A DNA stretch of 61,721 nt, filler included. It is 4 parts of 4 records of this genome, joined end to end, with 100 filler letters (N's around TTAATTAATTAA, not from the genome) between each part and the next. Parts side by side here need not be neighbours in the genome. Positions count along the whole stretch, not along the records: positions 23,811 to 47,188 come from DRR723986_11975; positions 47,289 to 55,264 come from DRR723986_11978; 2 more parts are not named here. The stretch is one strand, 5' to 3'. The notes below the pieces were generated by a model, which worked only from the letters and a program-made list of their open reading frames with translations, did no database searches and was not told the origin of the DNA. A program made the position numbers and the translations under genes. Shown here one piece after another: positions 39,358-49,631 of this stretch (position 1 is its first letter; every line of letters begins with the position of its first letter).

Positions 39358-39913
39358 ACTACTCTTGCTGCTGACACTTATTGCCTGCACCGGCCTTGTG
39401 GGTTATCAAACTACACTTGCCGCCGATCATTCCCCCAGGCTCGGCCCCCTTTTTGTACGGACTCTGGCTGGAGATTCACTTAACATCGTCAGGGCCGAAA
39501 AATCAGCATACATTTTTGTGGGTGGATATACGTGCAAGGAGTGCATCACTAGCCTTGAACGGGCAGTCCTGCAATTTGACAGCACCTATAAAATCCACGT
39601 CATTCTGCGTTGTACTCCCGGCACGCGCGTATCCAATAAAAAAAGCGAAATACAGCGCGTCGCCAAACTCCTTGAGTCAGACAGTTTCTATTTTGATGTT
39701 GGCCCCAGACTGGGCCTTGGAAAATTTAGCGGCGGTCTTTTTGAGTTGTTTGAGATTTCCATCACGCCCTCACTTCTGTTTAACTTCCCCGATCAAGACT
39801 TCAAGTTCATTAACTACACCGAGCTTTTTGGTCGTTCAGCGGAGTATGTGGCTACAGAAGATAACGTCGAACGCTGCGCGCAGGTGATTGCCAAAATCCT
39901 GGAAGTTGAGTGA
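39350..39913 (+). CDS. Exported thioredoxin-like protein
   Basis: Signal peptide; CKEC after a beta strand; ITPSL cis-Pro-like loop; overlaps the upstream stop. Confidence 0.65.
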   Translation: MTKLLLLLTLIACTGLVGYQTTLAADHSPRLGPLFVRTLAGDSLNIVRAEKSAYIFVGGYTCKECITSLERAVLQFDSTYKIHVILRCTPGTRVSNKKSEIQRVAKLLESDSFYFDVGPRLGLGKFSGGLFELFEISITPSLLFNFPDQDFKFINYTELFGRSAEYVATEDNVERCAQVIAKILEVE

Positions 39914-40201
39914 GTTTGAGCTTGCATATGCTGCACCCTCTCCAGAAATATTTAGACTTGAGTCAACCGATGTTTGTTGGAATTATTGCCAATTTTGCTG
40001 TAGTTGGGCTTTGTTTCCGTACAATATTCATTCGATATTTGGGCATCACGCGAAGGACACCCACTTTATGGCGGAGTATCTGGATTTGAAATAGGTAATG
40101 ATCTACCAGTTGTAAACGTAGAATATTATCATTGTGAATGCCCCTGCGATCCTCACACCTAAGACGTCTTAAAGAAAACTGAACAATACTCCATAAATGC
40201 C

Positions 40202-40993
40202 ATGAAAATATTCTCTTTTTATCTCCGACTCGCAAGTACGACTTTAGCAATACTCGTCATCCTTAGCGCGTGCTCAGACGAACATGAGCCGCCCACCAGC
40301 ATTGGATTCGCCGATATGCTCATGTCGGTCGATCGCGAACCATACGGCTTTTTGTCAACAACCGCACATCACAAACCCACCAGCCCAGAACCGATTTACT
40401 ACTCCCTGGATGGAGCTGTTTCGACGCTGCCAAAATTTAAGGGAAGAGCAGACGGTGGGACTATGACTATCGCCGGTATAGACCTTAACAGCAACCCGGC
40501 AATCAGTTTTGTGTACCGTGACGTTATCTATCCAGAACCTGGGCTCCCGCATCCAACTTTTGGTGCCATCAACAACTTTGCTCTGGAGGGCAACCCACAA
40601 ACCGGCGTCCCCGCATTTTCCACCACGATGTACCTTCCGGCGGAGCTCAAAATATTGTCTCCGGAGCTGTCAGACTATGACAGTAAAATCAGCAAGTCCC
40701 AGGGGCTGGCCATTACCTGGAATTCCGACCCAAACAATACTCTCGGCGTCGCAATCGCTCTGATGCATATTCCCGAGAGTCCGGAAGCAGGTGCATCAAT
40801 CTTGTGGCACACAGTCGAAGATGACGACGGTTCATACATGCTCACCGGCAGCGATCTGCAAGATTTTTCCGCAGGACAGAGTGTTCAAATCGGCGTGGCC
40901 AGAATGAACTACAAAATCCACTCTCAGGAAGACAAAGATTACACTCTCTACGCGATCGCTCAGTCTCTCAGCCTCGTTACAATCGTCGATTAG
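40202..40993 (+). CDS. Hypothetical lipoprotein
   Basis: Lipobox LSAC; L.ITW, EDDDGSY.L. Confidence 0.75.
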   Translation: MKIFSFYLRLASTTLAILVILSACSDEHEPPTSIGFADMLMSVDREPYGFLSTTAHHKPTSPEPIYYSLDGAVSTLPKFKGRADGGTMTIAGIDLNSNPAISFVYRDVIYPEPGLPHPTFGAINNFALEGNPQTGVPAFSTTMYLPAELKILSPELSDYDSKISKSQGLAITWNSDPNNTLGVAIALMHIPESPEAGASILWHTVEDDDGSYMLTGSDLQDFSAGQSVQIGVARMNYKIHSQEDKDYTLYAIAQSLSLVTIVD

Positions 40994-41477
40994 ACTGTTA
41001 AACGTCAACAATTAACATACTTAGTTAACACAAACCGAAATTCAAGGGTTAACCCGCGCTCATCACGCCAAACACGAACTCGAAACCGCTTCCAGGCAGA
41101 GTTGCAGCGCCTTCTCATTATCATTTCGCCGGCTTGCTTTCTAACCATCTTGTTTGGCACTGAACGTAAAATTTGATGTCGCTGTTGCCGCTTCAAATAA
41201 TAAAACACAGGTACAATTAGTGATTCCTGAATCGGACTGAATGCATGCACAAATGCGCAATGTAGTACAGTCTACATGGCCGGCAACTATGCACACAACA
41301 ACTACCAAAAAGAAAAGGCAAGCCACGCAAGCGACAGGGATGGAGCCGGGGCGAAGCAGTCAGAAAATCTGCTCGAAACTGTTAAACATTTTTTCGGCAA
41401 AACACAACGACCGCAACCAGTGTAGTACTCCACCAGCCACGGTCATTGTAACAATTGTTTAACAAGTCAACGCAGCT

Positions 41478-42062
41478 TTAGGGCGTGCCCGTAGCACTGC
41501 TCGATTGCAGCGTAAACTCTTCGGCCGTCTCGGCACGTTCGAACGTCACCGCTTGATCCAGCTCCGTATCCCAGGTGCTGGTCACAGGAAACTCGGTGGC
41601 GTCATGCTGCAAAACCCACTCGGTAGGCTCTTCAGCAACCCAACTGTTGCCATCTGCATCGTCAAATTTAATGTGAATATACACGGTCGCATCAGCCGGG
41701 AAAAAAGGATCGCCGTCCGGATCCTGCGACGTCAACTTAACATATGACTCGTGATCTTCGTCCAGGATGAACGAACCGTCGCCATACCCTTCAGCAGTAA
41801 AGTCATCAATAGTTGCGTGGTAGACCAGATCGCTGATTTTTTCAACTCCGCCGTCGTAACTCAGCGAGCCGTTGCATTCAAAGTCAATTCCGTCCAAAAT
41901 TAGCGAAGAACATGTCATTTCAACTACATATGGATCGGCAGTGGTTGGCGGCGGCTCGGGGTTATCGGCAAGGCCCTGAAACTGATTTGCAACCAGAAGA
42001 GCCAAAACTATGAATCCTGGAATAGCAAAAGCGACGAGTGAATTACGCTTTTTCTTCGACAT
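41478..42062 (-). CDS. Hypothetical acidic secreted protein
   Basis: MSKKKRN plus hydrophobic signal, Pro-rich linker, D/E-rich beta domain; CAGGT upstream of the ATG. Confidence 0.75.
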   Translation of the reverse strand: MSKKKRNSLVAFAIPGFIVLALLVANQFQGLADNPEPPPTTADPYVVEMTCSSLILDGIDFECNGSLSYDGGVEKISDLVYHATIDDFTAEGYGDGSFILDEDHESYVKLTSQDPDGDPFFPADATVYIHIKFDDADGNSWVAEEPTEWVLQHDATEFPVTSTWDTELDQAVTFERAETAEEFTLQSSSATGTP

Positions 42063-42374
42063 AAAAACACCTGTAAAAATGTGTGTTAAACAAATACAAA
42101 CGGTCTGCTTGCGCAGTGTGTCAGAGTGGCAGTTTCTCTGAAAACAAGTCTGCAAGAGTTCGGTAAGTTTTAACTTTGGCGCTCTAGCGCAGACTACGGC
42201 AGTGGTAATAATCCGATCAGAATAGTCAAACTTCGCCGGCGGTCACGGTCTGAATTGTGGGCTGGATAGCGACCAAAAAAACGAAGCGATTGATTCCTCT
42301 CTTATATCTCTTTGATACCTCGGGTTAGTTAACAAATTTGCTTCAGGCGCTATGCTGCGCACTTCCGCAACAAT

Positions 42375-42389
42375 CCAATTTCCGTGCCA
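42375..42389 (-). promoter_or_regulatory. Candidate sigma54 -24/-12 promoter
   Basis: Minus strand TGGCACG-GAAA-TTGG versus consensus TGGCACG-N4-TTGC (one mismatch, at -12). Confidence 0.5.
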
Positions 42390-42601
42390 GAATGTATTTA
42401 ACGCTTTTTTCGGCTCCGAATCCGCTAATGGCCGCCGCCGCACTCCGCTACATTCCGGCAACATTGCCGCAGCGCCAATCCTCGATTTGATTGCAGTACA
42501 GCCGTTTTTCCGATAACTCGCGCAGGAGCAGGCCTCCCAATTCGCGGCCCCACACACGCTGCAATCACAGAAGTGACATCCATTCCAGGTAGAACACCCT
42601 G

Positions 42602-42793
42602 TGACGAATTTTCGGCAGCTATTCCGCTAGACAATTGCCGCCAACAAGATTGATGGTGGATTCCGCAGAAATGGAATTCTCGTTTTTACACTAAAACACT
42701 AGGAATAGCAGGGCATGATCAAAAATTGATTCGCTGATTAAGGCATATTTACTATCTTCGGCTAAAATTCGTCATGCTGTCGAATCTTGGACA
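42602..42793. promoter_or_regulatory. Three related 16-bp palindromic sites (candidate activator UAS)
   Basis: TGACGAATTTTCGGCA (42602-42617), reverse complement TGACGAATTTTAGCCG (42759-42774), TGTCGAATCTTGGACA (42778-42793). Confidence 0.55.
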
Positions 42794-42881
42794 CCCTGGC
42801 GTGCCTGCAATCCACCTGCCGGGGAAGATCCAGGCGCTGAACTGCGCACAGTTGTGCTACTAACCTGTGAGGAAGCTGTAG

Positions 42882-44378
42882 ATGGAAAATGATCTGCTGC
42901 AAGGACTGGCGTGTTTATTGGAGACCAGAGACCTGCAACCGCTGATTGGGCAGATTGGTGTCAGGACTTCGTCTGAGATTGTGCAGATACGCATTCTGGG
43001 CAAAGACGTCGCCTGGATTCCCCTGGCCGACATTTTGAATGCGGCGGGCACGGGAATCGAGGGCTCCTATTACGACAGCTTCAGCCGCACCGTCGCTGCC
43101 GGAGTGATGGCGACGCGCCAGCCGGTCGATGTGCCCGACAGCTCGGAATTACATTCACCGTCACAGAGTCTGAGCAAGTACGAGTTGAAATCGTTCGCCT
43201 GTTTCCCGATGCTGGCCGGCGACGAAGCCATTGGTGTCATATTCATTGCCTCACTGCGCTACCGCCCGGCACTTGATGCGGAAGTCACCAGAACCTTAAA
43301 CAATATTGCACAAACGCTGGCCGGAATCCTCAAGCGCGAGCACTGGTACGAAGAATTGTTAAAAGAGCGCAACCGCACGGGCGAAGGCGGCGCCTACGGG
43401 ATTATTACCGCCGACGGCGCCATGCAGCATATCATCGACCTGCTGCCGCGGTATGCGCAAACCAAGGCGCCGGTCCTGATCCTGGGCGAAACCGGCACGG
43501 GTAAGGAACGCATTGCCGCCGCCCTGCATACTTTGAGCAGCAGACGCAAAAAACCGTTTGTTAAAGTCCATTGCGGCGCCATCAGCGAGTCCCTAATAGA
43601 AAGTGAACTGTTCGGCCATGAGAAAGGTGCCTTTACCGGCGCGGTAAAAACTACCGACGGTTTTTTTGGCATGGCCGACGGCGGAACGATTTTCCTGGAT
43701 GAGATCAGCACTGCCTCACTGGAAGTCCAGGTTAAACTGCTGCGCGTGCTGGAGTCGGGAGAAATCACACGCGTCGGCAGCGCGCGCCAGCGCAGCGTGG
43801 ATGTGCGCATCATTGCCGCCGGCAATCAGAATCTGCATGACCTGGTAGCGCGCGGCAGGTTTCGGCAGGACTTGTACTATCGACTCAAAGTCCTGGAGAT
43901 TTACCTGCCGCCACTGCGCGACCGCCCGGCGGACATCAGGCCCCTGGCCCAGTATTTTCTGGAGCACTACACCATGCAACACGAGAAATTCATTTCGGGC
44001 TTCAGCGATGCGGCTCTCAACATTCTGCAGGCGCAACACTGGGCCGGCAACGTGCGTCAACTGCGGCACTGCGTTGAATCCCTGGTGATTCACGCCGATT
44101 CGAGTATGCTTATAAGACAGGAGCAGGTCTCGCGTGTCCTTTCCAACGGTGCCGACACTTGGCAGCAAAACGGCTATTCCGCCATACTGCCACCGCAGGC
44201 ACCAGCATTGGACTACAAACAATTTCGCGATCAACACCTGCACAGCGCCGAACGTGAATTTCTGATGCAGCACCTCTCTCGCAATCAGTGGTCCGAAGCC
44301 AAAACCGCCCGCGAACTTAAGATGCCGCGGTCTACTTTGATTCATAGGATTAAAGTTCTCGAAATCGAGAAACAGTAA
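42882..44378 (+). CDS. GAF-AAA+-Fis sigma54-dependent transcriptional activator
   Basis: GETGTGKE, ESELFGHEKGAFTGA, FLDEI, RFRQDLYYRL, WAGNVRQL, C-terminal HTH. Confidence 0.93.
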   Translation: MENDLLQGLACLLETRDLQPLIGQIGVRTSSEIVQIRILGKDVAWIPLADILNAAGTGIEGSYYDSFSRTVAAGVMATRQPVDVPDSSELHSPSQSLSKYELKSFACFPMLAGDEAIGVIFIASLRYRPALDAEVTRTLNNIAQTLAGILKREHWYEELLKERNRTGEGGAYGIITADGAMQHIIDLLPRYAQTKAPVLILGETGTGKERIAAALHTLSSRRKKPFVKVHCGAISESLIESELFGHEKGAFTGAVKTTDGFFGMADGGTIFLDEISTASLEVQVKLLRVLESGEITRVGSARQRSVDVRIIAAGNQNLHDLVARGRFRQDLYYRLKVLEIYLPPLRDRPADIRPLAQYFLEHYTMQHEKFISGFSDAALNILQAQHWAGNVRQLRHCVESLVIHADSSMLIRQEQVSRVLSNGADTWQQNGYSAILPPQAPALDYKQFRDQHLHSAEREFLMQHLSRNQWSEAKTARELKMPRSTLIHRIKVLEIEKQ

Positions 44379-44440
44379 CACTAGCTGAACATATTTACGA
44401 ACCACATTCATCCGAATGTTAACATCTGGGCGGCGCAGCC

Positions 44441-47188
44441 ATGCCTACAGCTCAACATACAATCGAAGGTCGGTATGTGCTTAAGCACCTGCTGGGTGAA
44501 GGCAGCATGGGCCTGGTCTATGTAGCCGAAGATACCGTCGGCAAACACCTGTATGCACTTAAACAGCTCAAGCCGCCGGTATCGCCGCAGGCACTGCTGC
44601 AGAAACTGTTCAGCAATCTGAAACTGGACAGCCCCGGCGCAGACGCAAGTCTGGGCATGATCGATTCGGACCAGCTGCAGCGCGAATTCATGCACATGTC
44701 TGCCCTGGTGCATCCCAATCTGATAGAGGTCTATGACCTTGACACAGATGGCAATGGCAGCATGTTTCTGCTCATGGAGCTGCTCAAGGGCCAATCGCTG
44801 CAGGCCGTCATCTCTGGCGCACGTGAAGCGCCAAACTGCACTCCGGTGGCCCTCACAACGGTGATGGACTATGCAGTGCAGATTTTGCGAGGCCTGGCCT
44901 TTCTGCATGCGCGCGGTTTTATCCACTGCGATATCAAACCGGCCAACCTCTTTGTCTGCAGCGACGGCAGGGTCAAGATTCTCGACTATGGTTTAATGCA
45001 AAAGGGCAAGGCCGCTGCCGGTGCTGCGCTGGGCACGCGCGCATACTCGGCACCGGAAGTCTTGGCTCAGGGGCGCAGCAGCGTCCAGTCTGACATGTAT
45101 TCCCTGGGTATCGTGCTCCTGGAACTCTGTAGTACGTTTAAGCCGCATGCGCTGTCGCTTGAGGACCTTCTGAACGGAGTTCTGGAGGAGCGGCTGATAA
45201 ACAATTCAGCAGCCCTGCCGGCCACATGGCGAAACTGGCTGCTGCGCCTGCTGCACCGCAAAGCCGCACTGCGCTTTCAGTCTGCAGAAGAAGCACTGAC
45301 GGCCCTGTTCCAGGTCACGGACATGACACAGGCGCAGGAGACTGCCGCAACTACACAGAGTTATATTCTGAGTGCCAAGCTGCTCGGACGCGATGCCGAG
45401 TTACAAGACCTTAAACAGGCATTTGACAAGTTACACGCGAACAAAGGAGATGTTAAGCTCATCGCGGGAGAAAGTGGCATCGGCAAGTCACGTCTGTGCG
45501 CCGAGTTCGCCAAATATGTTAAAATCAGCGGCGGCAAGTTTATTAGCGGGCACTTCTACGACAACTCTCTCGACGTGCACTCGGCCTTGAGAGAGATTCT
45601 GTCACAAATTGCGCCGATTGTTTCAGACGAGTTACTGCAAAGGTATAAGAATGAGATAGTCTATTTTGTGCCACTGCCTACGCTTCCCGGCGAAACTGAG
45701 TCGCAGGATCAAAGTCCCGACTCGCGTGATCTATCCAGTACGTATCATCTGATTATGGCGTTTCTGCGAGAGGTGGCCGCGGAACTGCAGCGCCCACTGG
45801 TTTTACTGTTTGAGGATCTACATTTTCTGCAGGATTTTGCTTTCTTTAACATCGCTCGCGAAAGAGCAACAGCCGGCAGCCTCCTGATTCTCGGCACCGT
45901 CCGCGATGACGAGGTCGACCGACAGTTTCTGGAGGACTGGCAGCTGGCATGCACCTACCTGAGCCACTTTCCGCGCAGCTTCCTGCGCAGACTGGCCGGC
46001 GAAATTTTTGTGGGAGACCAGCCCAATGAATTCCTGCTGCATTACCTGGAACAACATACATCTGGTAATCCATTTTTTATTGAGCAATTTCTGCTGGAAC
46101 TGGTGCGCTGCGGCGCGATTCGCAAACAGGGCAACAAATGGGAAGTGCTCGACATTGATGTTAACAGTCTGCATATCCCAGCGGTTGAGCACCTACTGGA
46201 CCGCAGGTTAACAGGCCTCTCCAGCCACGAAATCACATATATGCAACTGCTGGCAGCCTGCACCCATGATGCACCAACACATTACATTAAACACCTGTTT
46301 GACAGCTCCGTTTATGCGGACTTGCAGGAAAGTCTGCTGCGCAAACATGTCATCAGCCGCCATGGTACAACGGTGCGGGCATATCATCAGCATATTAAAC
46401 GCTACTTTTATGAGCGAATAGCAGATAAACCGTCGATTCATTCAACCCTGGCACATCTGTTCGAACAGTATGCCGCCGGTGAACTTCAGATTATCGCCTA
46501 TCACTATATGCATAGTACTGCCCGCGCCAAAAAACTCCATTACCTGGAATCTGCCGCCGAGCAGGCACGCAACGGCAATAATCAGGCTCTGGCTATTCAG
46601 TTCTATACAACTTTGCTTGACATTCTACAGCCACACACACAACTCTCACGGCGGCTGGTAAAGGCCCTGTACAACATGTCACAATCTCTCATGTCTTTGG
46701 GCAGCTGGAAAGAGCTGGAGCCACACCTGGACAAGGTGATGGCGTTGGCGCAGCCCGATACCGACGATGAACTTATGTGCAGACTACATCTAACACATGC
46801 AAACTATTTTAGTATGCAATCCCAACAGTCCGCGGCCCTCCAAGCCGCACTGCGGGCACGGCCCCACGCCGTAGCCGCCGGAAACTGCGAACTGGAAGTA
46901 ATTAGTCTTCATGTGGCCGGAGTCGCATTGGCAAGGCTGGGCCGCTATGAGGATGCACTCATAGAGTGTACACGTGCTCTGGACATGCTCAAGGCCCTAA
47001 ATGCTGCGCCTACGAAAAAGCTAACTCTTATGGGATATATTGCCACACTCCATCAGCGCCGGAACGATCGAATCAAAGCCTACCAAATGCATCTGGCATG
47101 CCTGAACACCAGTGAACAACTCTCCGACAGAGAAACCATGGCAATAGCATTATACAATCTTGGAATTCTGAATCTTCATGAAGATTCA
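44441..47188 (+). CDS. Ser/Thr protein kinase - STAND-type AAA ATPase - TPR protein, 3'-truncated
   Basis: LGEGSMG, ALK, IHCDIKPAN, DYG, APE; GESGIGKS, LLFEDLH, SGNPFF; helical TPR-like tail. Confidence 0.88.
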
Positions 47189-47288
47189 NNNNNNNNNNNN
47201 NNNNNNNNNNNNNNNNNNNNNNNNNNNNNNNNTTAATTAATTAANNNNNNNNNNNNNNNNNNNNNNNNNNNNNNNNNNNNNNNNNNNN
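47189..47288. other. Artificial contig linker
   Basis: N44-TTAATTAATTAA-N44. Confidence 0.98.
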
Positions 47289-47289
47289 G

Positions 47290-49167
47290 GGCGTGCGCGG
47301 CATTGCCCGCGATCTGGCGGCGCGCGGCCTTGGCACACTCAAACCGCGCGACGTGCCCGCGGTCGAAGGGCAGTTCCCCTGCCCAATCTCCGTGACCATT
47401 GATGACGACACGCTGGACGCCTGTCCGGTCTTTTATGGCCGTCTGATCAAAGACGTAAAAAACGGGCCAAGCCCGGCCTGGCTGCAAGACAAGCTGCGGG
47501 CCATTGGCCTGCGTCCGATTTCGTTTCTTGTCGATGTGACCAACTATTTCACCTATGACCGCAACCGCCCGCTGCACGTATTCGATGCCGACAAGATTTC
47601 GGGCGGCACCTTGCGCATTCACCGCGCCAAGGGCGGTGAAACGCTCGTTGCGCTGGACGAAAAGGAATACACGCTTGAACCTGAGATGATTGCCATCTCT
47701 GATGCCGAAGGCGTGGAAAGCCTTGGCGGCATTATGGGTGGCGCGGCGTCCGGCTGTTCCGAAGACACCGTAAATGTGTTCCTTGAGGCGGCCTATTTCG
47801 ATCCGATCCGCACCGCTTATACGGGCCGGGCGCTCAAGATCAATTCGGATGCACGGTATCGGTTCGAGCGCGGGATTGATCCCGAATGGACACCCTATGG
47901 CATCGAACATGCCACCCAGATGATTCTCGATATCGCGGGGGGCGAAGCTTCCGAAGTGGTGGTCGCGGGCAAGATCCCGGACACTTCACGCGCCTATAAA
48001 CTCGATGCCGCGCGGGTGCAGTCGCTGGTTGGCATGACCATCCCCGAAAGCGATCAGCGCCAGACGTTGACAGCGCTTGGCTTCCGCCTTGAGGGCAACA
48101 TGGCCCATGTGCCAAGCTGGCGCCCCGATGTGCAGGGCGAGGCCGATCTGGTGGAAGAAGTGGCGCGGATCGCCTCTCTGACCCAGCTTGAAGGGCGGCC
48201 ATTGCCGCGTTTGTCCCAAGGCGTGCCACGTCCGATCCTGTCACCTATGCAACGCCGCATTGGCGCGGCCCGGCGGACATGCGCCGCGCTCGGGTTCAAT
48301 GAATGCATCAGCTACAGCTTTATTGATCAGGCTTCTGCCGCGCTCTTTGGTGGCGGCACTGATGACACCCGTCTGGAAAACCCGATCTCGTCTGACATGA
48401 GCCACATGCGCCCGGCGTTGTTGCCCGGTCTGTTGCAGGCCGCAGCCCGCAATCAGGCACGTGGTTTTGCCGATATGGCACTCTTTGAGGTTGGACCGGC
48501 CTTTCACGGCGGTGAGCCGGGCGAGCAACATATGCTGGTTTCCGGTCTGATTGTCGGGCGCACTGGGCCCAAGGATGTGCATGGCGCCTCGCGTCCCGTG
48601 GATGTGTTCGACGTCAAAGCAGACGCCGAGGCGGTTCTGGCCGCAATGGGCGCGCCTGCCAAGGTGCAGATCATGCGAGGCGCAGCGGACTGGTGGCATC
48701 CGGGACGGCACGGCAAGATATGTCTTGGCCCGAAAAAGGTGCTTGGGGTCTATGGGGAACTGCACCCGCGTGTTCTGGCGGCGATGGATGTCAAAGGCCC
48801 TGCAATGGCCTTTACCCTGTGGCCGGGTGAAGTGCCTTTGCCGCGCAAATCCGGCGCGACACGGGCCGCCCTCCAGATCAGCGATCTGCAAGCGGTTGAA
48901 CGTGACTTTGCCTTTGTCGTGGACGCGGATGTAGAGGCGCTGACGCTGGTCAATGCCGCGAAAGGTGCGGACAAGGCATTGATCGAAGAGGTCCGCGTCT
49001 TTGATGAGTTTATCGGCGGCAGTCTTGGTGAGGGCAAGAAATCCCTCGCCATCACAGTGCGCCTGCAACCCAGCGACAAAACGTTGAAGGACGCAGACAT
49101 CGAAGCGGTCGGTGCCAAGGTGATCGAAAAGGTCACCAAGGCGACCGGCGGCGTGCTGCGCGGCTGA
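47290..49167 (+). CDS. pheT: Phenylalanyl-tRNA synthetase beta subunit, 5'-truncated
   Basis: VDVTNY..RPLHVFDAD, RYRFERGID, PSWRPD...DLVEEVAR, VERDFAFVV anticodon-binding domain. Confidence 0.97.
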   Translation, partial: GVRGIARDLAARGLGTLKPRDVPAVEGQFPCPISVTIDDDTLDACPVFYGRLIKDVKNGPSPAWLQDKLRAIGLRPISFLVDVTNYFTYDRNRPLHVFDADKISGGTLRIHRAKGGETLVALDEKEYTLEPEMIAISDAEGVESLGGIMGGAASGCSEDTVNVFLEAAYFDPIRTAYTGRALKINSDARYRFERGIDPEWTPYGIEHATQMILDIAGGEASEVVVAGKIPDTSRAYKLDAARVQSLVGMTIPESDQRQTLTALGFRLEGNMAHVPSWRPDVQGEADLVEEVARIASLTQLEGRPLPRLSQGVPRPILSPMQRRIGAARRTCAALGFNECISYSFIDQASAALFGGGTDDTRLENPISSDMSHMRPALLPGLLQAAARNQARGFADMALFEVGPAFHGGEPGEQHMLVSGLIVGRTGPKDVHGASRPVDVFDVKADAEAVLAAMGAPAKVQIMRGAADWWHPGRHGKICLGPKKVLGVYGELHPRVLAAMDVKGPAMAFTLWPGEVPLPRKSGATRAALQISDLQAVERDFAFVVDADVEALTLVNAAKGADKALIEEVRVFDEFIGGSLGEGKKSLAITVRLQPSDKTLKDADIEAVGAKVIEKVTKATGGVLRG

Positions 49168-49182
49168 ACAGGAGGGTTCTGG

Positions 49183-49629
49183 ATGCTTAAGGTTTATCTA
49201 TCGGGCGAGATTCACACCGACTGGCGCGAGCGGATTATTGACGGGGCGCAGGGGCTGGATGTCAGCTTTGACAGCCCTGTCACCGATCACGCGGCCAGCG
49301 ATGATTGCGGTGTTGCGATCCTGGGCGCAGAGCCGGACAAGTTTTGGCATGACCGCAAAGGCGCACAGATCAACGCAATCCGCACCCGCAAGGGCATTGC
49401 AGATGCGGATGTGGTCGTCGTGCGCTTTGGCGATCAGTACAAACAGTGGAACGCAGCATTTGATGCGGGCTATGCCGCTGCTTTGGGCAAATCACTGATC
49501 ATCCTGCATGGCCCGGATCACGCCCATGCGTTGAAAGAGGTTGACGCTGCGGCCTTGGCCGTGACGCAGGAGCCGGAACAGGTTGTCCAGATCCTGCGCT
49601 ATGTCTTGACGGGTGCTTTGCCCGGCTAG
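49183..49629 (+). CDS. YtoQ family protein
   Basis: VYLSGEIHTDWR, RFGDQYKQWNAAFDAG, HALKEVD. Confidence 0.85.
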   Translation: MLKVYLSGEIHTDWRERIIDGAQGLDVSFDSPVTDHAASDDCGVAILGAEPDKFWHDRKGAQINAIRTRKGIADADVVVVRFGDQYKQWNAAFDAGYAAALGKSLIILHGPDHAHALKEVDAAALAVTQEPEQVVQILRYVLTGALPG

Positions 49630-49631
49630 GT

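Noticed and set aside
48241..49068. Long antisense ORFs (also 52266-52970, 59354-60088, 43716-44411, 10930-11625, 60797-61384)
   Set aside because: They are shadows of well-supported genes on the opposite strand and carry no motifs.
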